From Macrostomum lignano (lineage: Eukaryota): a stretch of 64,000 nucleotides of DNA. Position 1 is the stretch's first letter; each line of letters starts with the position of its first letter. Below the pieces are notes generated by a model. It did not search any database. It was not told the origin of the DNA and was given only the letters and a program-made list of their open reading frames with translations. Location: positions 1 to 64,000 of the forward strand of contig NIVC01003956.1 in NCBI GenBank assembly GCA_002269645.1. Reading direction: 5' to 3'. Made by a program: the position numbers and the translations under genes. This document shows positions 60,762 to 64,000 of the stretch, one piece after another.

Positions 60762-60905
60762 GGTGATGACGCAGACGATGCTTCGAACCAAATGTTGATG
60801 ACGCAGGTGATGACGCGGATGATGCTTCGAACCAAATGTTGATGACGCAGGTGATGACGCGGATGATGCTTCGAACCAAATGTTGATGACGCAGGTGATG
60901 ACGCG
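60762..60905. repeat. 44-bp tandem repeat (about 3.3 copies) between pol and the J-domain ORF
   Basis: CTTCGAACCAAATGTTGATGACGCAGGTGATGACGCGGATGATG starts at 60781 and 60825, with a partial third copy at 60869. Confidence 0.9.
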
Positions 60906-60932
60906 ACATTGCGCACGCACTCACGCCCGCTC

Positions 60933-63900
60933 TTAATAATAAACGGGCGTTCCATAACGCTGCGGAACCCTTCGATCCCTCTGGGGTCGACCTTCGATGA
61001 CTTCAACTGGCGCTTCCGGCTGCGGCTGCACTCCTGGCTGCTGCACATCCATTGGTTCTCCCTCCTCTCGAACCCGCCCGGAATGTCGCCACCATCGCTC
61101 CTCATCCTCATCGTCCGATTCCTGCGAGTCCTCCCTGACGGATTCCGTCTCTTGAGCAGGACCTGGGTGGTACCTCCTTGGTGCAGGACGCCGAGGGCCA
61201 CCGGTGCCGTCGACCGGGTACTTCCGGTACCGAGGCAGGAGGTTGTTAAAGTGCACCACCTTGATCGGCTTCCGTCGACCTTCCTGTCGAATCCTATAGC
61301 GCGTCTCCGACAGCTTCTCGAGAACTACGGCAGGTCCGGTCCAGGGTGAGTGGAGCTTCGCTTTGGCACCGGCCTTCAACACGGGGTTGTAGACGAACAC
61401 CTCGTCGCCAGCCACGAATTCTCGACCCTTCACCTTCCGGTCGTACCAGTCTTTCTGCACTCGTTGATATGACGTTATTCTCTCACGCACCACCCGATGG
61501 GCTTCCACGAGCGTCTCCCGCAGGTTCTGGACTTCCTCGCAGTACGGTTCGATGTCCAGTGGGCGCGCCACTCCCAAGTCAACTGGCAGAGACATCTCGC
61601 GACCATGCAGAAGGAAGAAGGGTGAGTAGCCGGTGCCGCGGTGCACACTGGAGCGATACGCCATGAGCGCCGGGGCAACGAATTCGTCCCACCGCCTCTG
61701 ATCCGGCTCCTTCACCAGGTGCGCCCGGATCACTGCAGTCAGCGTCTTATTGAAGCTTTCCACTTGGCCGTTTCCAGAGGGGTGATAGGCGGTCGTACGC
61801 GTCTTTCGGATATTCAGACTTTCGCACAGCTGGCCGATCAATTGCGACTCGAAATTGGCTCCCTGATCCGAGTGGATTGTTCCTGGGGCTCCGTAGTGAC
61901 AGACCCACTCCTCGAGCATTGCCCTTGCACAGGTGCTGGCCGTCTGATCTGGCACCGGTACTGCCACTGGCCACTTACTGAACGCGTCCTGCATCGTCAG
62001 TATGTATTTGTTGCCTCGGACGCTGGTTGGCAGTGGTCCAATCAAATCCACCATCACTCTTTCAAACACATGGCTGCTGGGAATCGGCTCCAATGGGGCC
62101 TTCCGCCGCATCCCGGGCTTGCTCCGGTTACAGTCGTCACACCTTCGCACAAACTCCTCGACCTCTCGCTTCAAGCCGGGTCTCCAGAATCGGTTCCTGA
62201 CTTTCTCCAGAGTCTTTGCTACGCCGAAGTGTCCACCTCCTGGTCCAGAGTGCAGCGTCTGCAGAGCGTCGGGGATCAATTTCTTCGGGAGAACAGCCCG
62301 CGGTGGGTGACGTCCCAGATCCTTGATGACGAGGGTGTTGTCCACAATTTCCAGCCGAGGCTTTTGTGCCCAGATGGCTCGGGTCGTTGGTGACGCACCC
62401 CGAGGTGGCTCTTCGTTTGCTCGGCCGGCGTGCATCGACTGGTAAACTGGAGCGATGTCGTTGTCCACAGCTTGTGCTGCTGCCAGCTCATCTCGGCTGA
62501 GCAACCCGAGCAGCGTCGTTACCCTGACCCCGGGGAGGTCATCAGTCCGGCACGACGGGCAGTTATCCATTTCGGGATGTCGTCGCGTCGGCTTGCGTGA
62601 CAGCGCGTCCGCATTCTGATGACGCGCCCCTGGCCGATGCTCCACTGCGAAGTCGAATGGCGCCAACCTCTCCATCCACCGAGCCAACTGGCCTTCCGGC
62701 TGCCTCATACTTCGGAGCCACTGCAGACTTGCGTGGTCGGTGCGCACCCGGAACCTCCGGCCAAGTAGATAGTACCGGAACCTCTCTGCGAATGTCACCA
62801 GCGCCAGGAGCTCGATTCGTGTCGTGCAATAGTTGAATTCGGCCCCTTGCAGACGCCGACTCCCGTACGCAATAACCCGCTCTGACCCGTCTTCTTGTAC
62901 CTGCGACAAGACTGCTCCGAGACCCTGTCGGGTACTTCCATCGGTATCCAAGATGAACTCACCAGCCGTGGGGTCGAAGTTCGGGTAGGCCATCACGCGG
63001 CAACCGGTCAATTCTTCTTTCAGCTTTTTGAAGGCCTCATCGTGTTCCTCTCTCCAACTGAACGGCTTGTCTTTCTTTGTCAGATCAAAAAGTGGTGCAG
63101 CGACTATCGAGAATTCTGGTATGAAGTTTCGGTAGTAACCAGCCAGACCCAGGAACGACTGAAGGTCTTTTGCATTTCTTGGAATGCTCCAGTCACGGAC
63201 TTCCTTGATCTTCTCCGGGTCGACATCGATTCCGTCCTTTGACACGACGTGGCCAAGGAATTTGACCTCATCGGCCAGGAATCTGCACTTAGATGGCTTT
63301 AGCCTCAAGTTGGCTGCGCGCAGGCGCTGGAATACCGCCTCGAGATTCGTTAGATGCTCGCTGACAGTTCGGGACCAAATGATGATATCGTCGATGTAGA
63401 CGAGCGCCATTTTCCACAGAAGGTCGTGTAGTACCATATTCATCAACCTTGTGAATGTCGCCGGCGCATTGGTCAATCCGAAGGGCAGCACCTTGAACGC
63501 GAATTGCCCCCGATGCGGAATGACAAAAGCAGTCTTTTCTTGATCCTCCCTTTTGACCTTAACTTGCCAATAGCCGGAGCAAAGGTCGAGCGTCGAAAAT
63601 ACAGCCGCACCTCCGAGCGCTTCAAGTGCGTCATCGACACGCGGGATTGCTATGGCGTCCTTGACAGTTCGTTGATTCAACTCTCTGTAGTCGACACACA
63701 GTCGCAGTTCCCCATTCTTCTTACGGACACAGACCACTGGCGAACTCCACGGCGATTGGGTCGGTTCAATCATCTTCGTTGCCAAAAGCTCGTCGATTTG
63801 TCGGTCGACTTCGCCGCGCCAATGTGGCGGTAGCCGTCGCGGAGGCTGTTTTACGGCTGTTCCGGTGGTCTCAATTTCATGCTGCACGATGTCCGTCGTC

Positions 63901-64000
63901 CCGAGGCGCGCTGTACTCTCTGCGAAAACATCTGCGTATCGATTCACCAATCTTAGGAAACTCGCTTTGTCTGCCCCCGTGAGCTGCTTGGAGCCGTGCT
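60933..64000 (-). CDS. Ty3/gypsy pol polyprotein (RT, RNase H, integrase), uninterrupted, running off the window end
   Basis: More than 1005 aa open: TLDLCSGYWQV, LPFGLTNAPATF, YIDDII; DGS..GLGAVL, ELLAL, TDH; H..GH..CDDC; DLIGP, SDQG, GQVESFN; WTGP (GPY/F). Domain order is gypsy-type. Confidence 0.97.
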   Translation of the reverse strand, partial: HGSKQLTGADKASFLRLVNRYADVFAESTARLGTTDIVQHEIETTGTAVKQPPRRLPPHWRGEVDRQIDELLATKMIEPTQSPWSSPVVCVRKKNGELRLCVDYRELNQRTVKDAIAIPRVDDALEALGGAAVFSTLDLCSGYWQVKVKREDQEKTAFVIPHRGQFAFKVLPFGLTNAPATFTRLMNMVLHDLLWKMALVYIDDIIIWSRTVSEHLTNLEAVFQRLRAANLRLKPSKCRFLADEVKFLGHVVSKDGIDVDPEKIKEVRDWSIPRNAKDLQSFLGLAGYYRNFIPEFSIVAAPLFDLTKKDKPFSWREEHDEAFKKLKEELTGCRVMAYPNFDPTAGEFILDTDGSTRQGLGAVLSQVQEDGSERVIAYGSRRLQGAEFNYCTTRIELLALVTFAERFRYYLLGRRFRVRTDHASLQWLRSMRQPEGQLARWMERLAPFDFAVEHRPGARHQNADALSRKPTRRHPEMDNCPSCRTDDLPGVRVTTLLGLLSRDELAAAQAVDNDIAPVYQSMHAGRANEEPPRGASPTTRAIWAQKPRLEIVDNTLVIKDLGRHPPRAVLPKKLIPDALQTLHSGPGGGHFGVAKTLEKVRNRFWRPGLKREVEEFVRRCDDCNRSKPGMRRKAPLEPIPSSHVFERVMVDLIGPLPTSVRGNKYILTMQDAFSKWPVAVPVPDQTASTCARAMLEEWVCHYGAPGTIHSDQGANFESQLIGQLCESLNIRKTRTTAYHPSGNGQVESFNKTLTAVIRAHLVKEPDQRRWDEFVAPALMAYRSSVHRGTGYSPFFLLHGREMSLPVDLGVARPLDIEPYCEEVQNLRETLVEAHRVVRERITSYQRVQKDWYDRKVKGREFVAGDEVFVYNPVLKAGAKAKLHSPWTGPAVVLEKLSETRYRIRQEGRRKPIKVVHFNNLLPRYRKYPVDGTGGPRRPAPRRYHPGPAQETESVREDSQESDDEDEERWWRHSGRVREEGEPMDVQQPGVQPQPEAPVEVIEGRPQRDRRVPQRYGTPVYY

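Noticed and set aside
61346-63982. Antisense and alternative-frame ORFs over pol
   Set aside because: Expected shadows of a GC-rich coding sequence.

Overview
Eukaryotic, intron-containing invertebrate DNA. Short introns, GC-rich minisatellites and the TE mix are reminiscent of a free-living flatworm such as Macrostomum, but that is an unverified impression. Two host genes are well supported: a 3-exon secreted VMO1-like gene (4169-4945, +) and EMC10 (five coding exons, 21289-24095, +; first exon not securely found). The rest is a dense, nested TE landscape: three Ty3/gypsy elements, a complete non-autonomous LTR element with identical LTRs, a tRNA-derived SINE, LINE fragments, two Tc1-type elements, a mariner, a near-intact THAP/P-element transposase, a Crypton-like remnant and several MITE/foldback elements. 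The most striking observation is a gypsy element (57808 to beyond 64000) with an uninterrupted pol and, in the env position between pol and the 3' LTR, an intact ORF with a canonical J-domain (HPD motif). Also notable are a decayed PD-(D/E)xK restriction-endonuclease-like gene (about 28720-29182) and a spliced orphan HTH-like gene upstream of a gag fragment. All family assignments were made by eye from motifs; no database searches were run.
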